A model generated the notes under the pieces. That model searched no databases. It was not told where the DNA came from and worked only from the letters and a program-made list of their open reading frames with translations. 64,000 nucleotides of DNA from assembly GCA_043825735.1 (NCBI GenBank), contig JBDRRP010000022.1, positions 69,231 through 133,230 of the forward strand, given 5' to 3'. Origin of the DNA: Pseudomonadota bacterium. GTDB taxonomy: Bacteria; Desulfobacterota; Desulfobacteria; Desulfobacterales; JBDRRP01. The translations under genes were made by a program, and so were the position numbers. This document shows, in pieces, positions 62,748-64,000 of the stretch; positions within the stretch are counted from its first letter, which is position 1, and the number at the start of each line of letters is the position of its first letter.

Positions 62748-63605
62748 ATGTTCCAAATGAAGCGCTTAATCGTTACCGACAGCACCGCCGATTTGCCCGA
62801 GGAGATCGTCAAGAAATATGGCATCAGAGTGATGCCCGTCAACGTCATTCTCGACGGCAAGACACACAAGGACGGTGTGGATATTACCCGTGCCGATTTT
62901 TATGCGAAATTCTACAACTACCAGTCCATGTCCACCGAGCCCATTCGCTACGAGGATTACGCCCTGGAATTCCTCCAGATGATCCAGGCCTATGACGAGA
63001 TGATCATCATCCACTGTAGCGGGCATCTGTCCGACACGGTCAACGTGGCCAAGCGGGTTAACGAGGAGTTCGGCGCGCATTCCAATTGCCGGGTCCAGGT
63101 GATCGATTCCAGGCTTTGCAGCATGAGCATGGGGATGGTGATCATTGCTGCGGCCCAGGCCAGCGCCAAAGGATGTTCGTTTGAAGAGGTCCTGGCAGTC
63201 ATCGAAAAGACCAAGGACAGGCTGGGCAACTATATGGCGGTGCCGACACTGAAGTATCTGAGAAAAGGGAAAAAAATAGGGGGGTTCAAAGCCCTGTTCG
63301 GCCTGGCCCTGGGAGTAAAACCCGTCCTTGCCTTCGATGACGGTCGTCTGGTGGTCAATACCAAACTGTTCGGCAAGCAGAAAAACATGATTCTCAGCAT
63401 GATGGACACCATCAAGGCGGATGTCGGCGCTCACCCGATCACCCTGTCTATTATCTATTCCGGTGACGAAAGCCTGGTGAAAAACCTAAAGGATGTTTTT
63501 TCCTCAACATTCGACTGCCGGGACGTATACATCGCACGGTTCGGACCGGCCATCTCCATCAACACCGGTCCCGACAGTTATGCGGTAATGTTCATCAAAC
63601 ATTAA
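62748..63605 (+). CDS. DegV-family fatty-acid-binding protein
   Basis: KRLIVTDSTADLPEEIVKKYGIRVMPVNVILDGKTHKDGVDI... 285 aa, typical DegV. Confidence 0.85.
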   Translation: MFQMKRLIVTDSTADLPEEIVKKYGIRVMPVNVILDGKTHKDGVDITRADFYAKFYNYQSMSTEPIRYEDYALEFLQMIQAYDEMIIIHCSGHLSDTVNVAKRVNEEFGAHSNCRVQVIDSRLCSMSMGMVIIAAAQASAKGCSFEEVLAVIEKTKDRLGNYMAVPTLKYLRKGKKIGGFKALFGLALGVKPVLAFDDGRLVVNTKLFGKQKNMILSMMDTIKADVGAHPITLSIIYSGDESLVKNLKDVFSSTFDCRDVYIARFGPAISINTGPDSYAVMFIKH

Positions 63606-63712
63606 AATACCGAGAGGGAAGGCCGTTGAGCGGTGTTCCCTCTCGGTATTTGTGACATTTCTTTTACAGTTTGCCCATTGTCCGGCGATTCCTATTGCAT
63701 TAACTGAAAGGT

Positions 63713-64000
63713 ATGCGAGCCGTTCTATCATTTGCACTGGGCTTGTGGGTGTTCGGAACCACAGCACTGTACACACTGCTGGTTGTTCCACCCATTCTGG
63801 CTGCGGCGGTGTTTTCCCGCGGCGGCCGGGCACCGTTTTTCTTCGGTCGCCTTTGGAGCTGGATGCTACTGAAAACCCACCGGGTCCGGGTCGTCGCCAT
63901 TGGGGGAGAACTGCTGCAGCCGGATCACTCCTACGTGTTTATTTCAAACCATGCCAGCCATCTGGACTCTCCGGCCATCGCCCTCAGCCTGCCCCATACG
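63713..64000 (+). CDS. 1-acyl-sn-glycerol-3-phosphate acyltransferase family protein (partial, runs off the window)
   Basis: My translation from ATG 63713: MRAVLSFALGLWVFGTTALYTLLVVPP...YVFISNHASHLDSPAIAL, containing the HX4D acyltransferase motif. Confidence 0.7.
   Translation, partial: MRAVLSFALGLWVFGTTALYTLLVVPPILAAAVFSRGGRAPFFFGRLWSWMLLKTHRVRVVAIGGELLQPDHSYVFISNHASHLDSPAIALSLPHT

Overview
This is a high-GC bacterial chromosome segment. Gene content and intergenic repeat style suggest an anaerobic Desulfobacterota-like genome, but that is inference only. Conserved flanks surround a roughly 22 kb variable region at about 9.4-31.9 kb. Left flank: a sensor kinase, a B12-radical SAM protein, a Tat Fe-S/membrane pair and a TPR-CHAT lipoprotein. 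Right flank: a SPOR protein, an RND efflux pair, a ybiH-ybhGFSR-like ABC efflux operon with TolC, ppdK, a DMT transporter, an M20 peptidase, a GNAT, a PLD, a giant DUF748 protein, DegV and PlsC. Every supported ORF between 10171 and 31430 is on the + strand. Main result: the AT-rich block 11998-22655 reads as an integron-type gene-cassette array with no integrase gene anywhere in the window (CALIN-like). Each of its six co-oriented ORFs is followed by an imperfect hairpin bounded by an RYYYAAC-like box on the left and a GTTRRRY-like box on the right. In 4 of 6 cassettes the left box is the exact 7/7 reverse complement of the right box of the PRECEDING site, and 5/7 in the other two. That is the signature of recombination at G|TT. 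The cassettes carry defence-type genes: a TIGR04141/DUF6119-like protein, a membrane TPR protein, a 1280-aa SIR2_2 protein with DSR1-like architecture, and three consecutive proteins each carrying an Rx4-6H HEPN-type motif, the last one TIGR02391-like. Upstream of the array, a hicAB module is bracketed by ~290-325 bp direct repeats. Downstream lie a low-GC dapA, several gene remnants and a metallophosphoesterase / small ORF / radical SAM / unknown gene cluster. A modular family of hairpin repeats recurs at least 12 times in intergenic DNA, including a three-module stack inside the ABC efflux operon. These repeats share CCGTAAAAAG...CTTTTTACGG-N-TCATCAA termini and have arms built from 8-9 bp periodic CRCRRAG triplets. 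No rRNA, tRNA, CRISPR array, transposase or recombinase gene was found. All calls come from reading the sequence and the ORF track; no searches were run.
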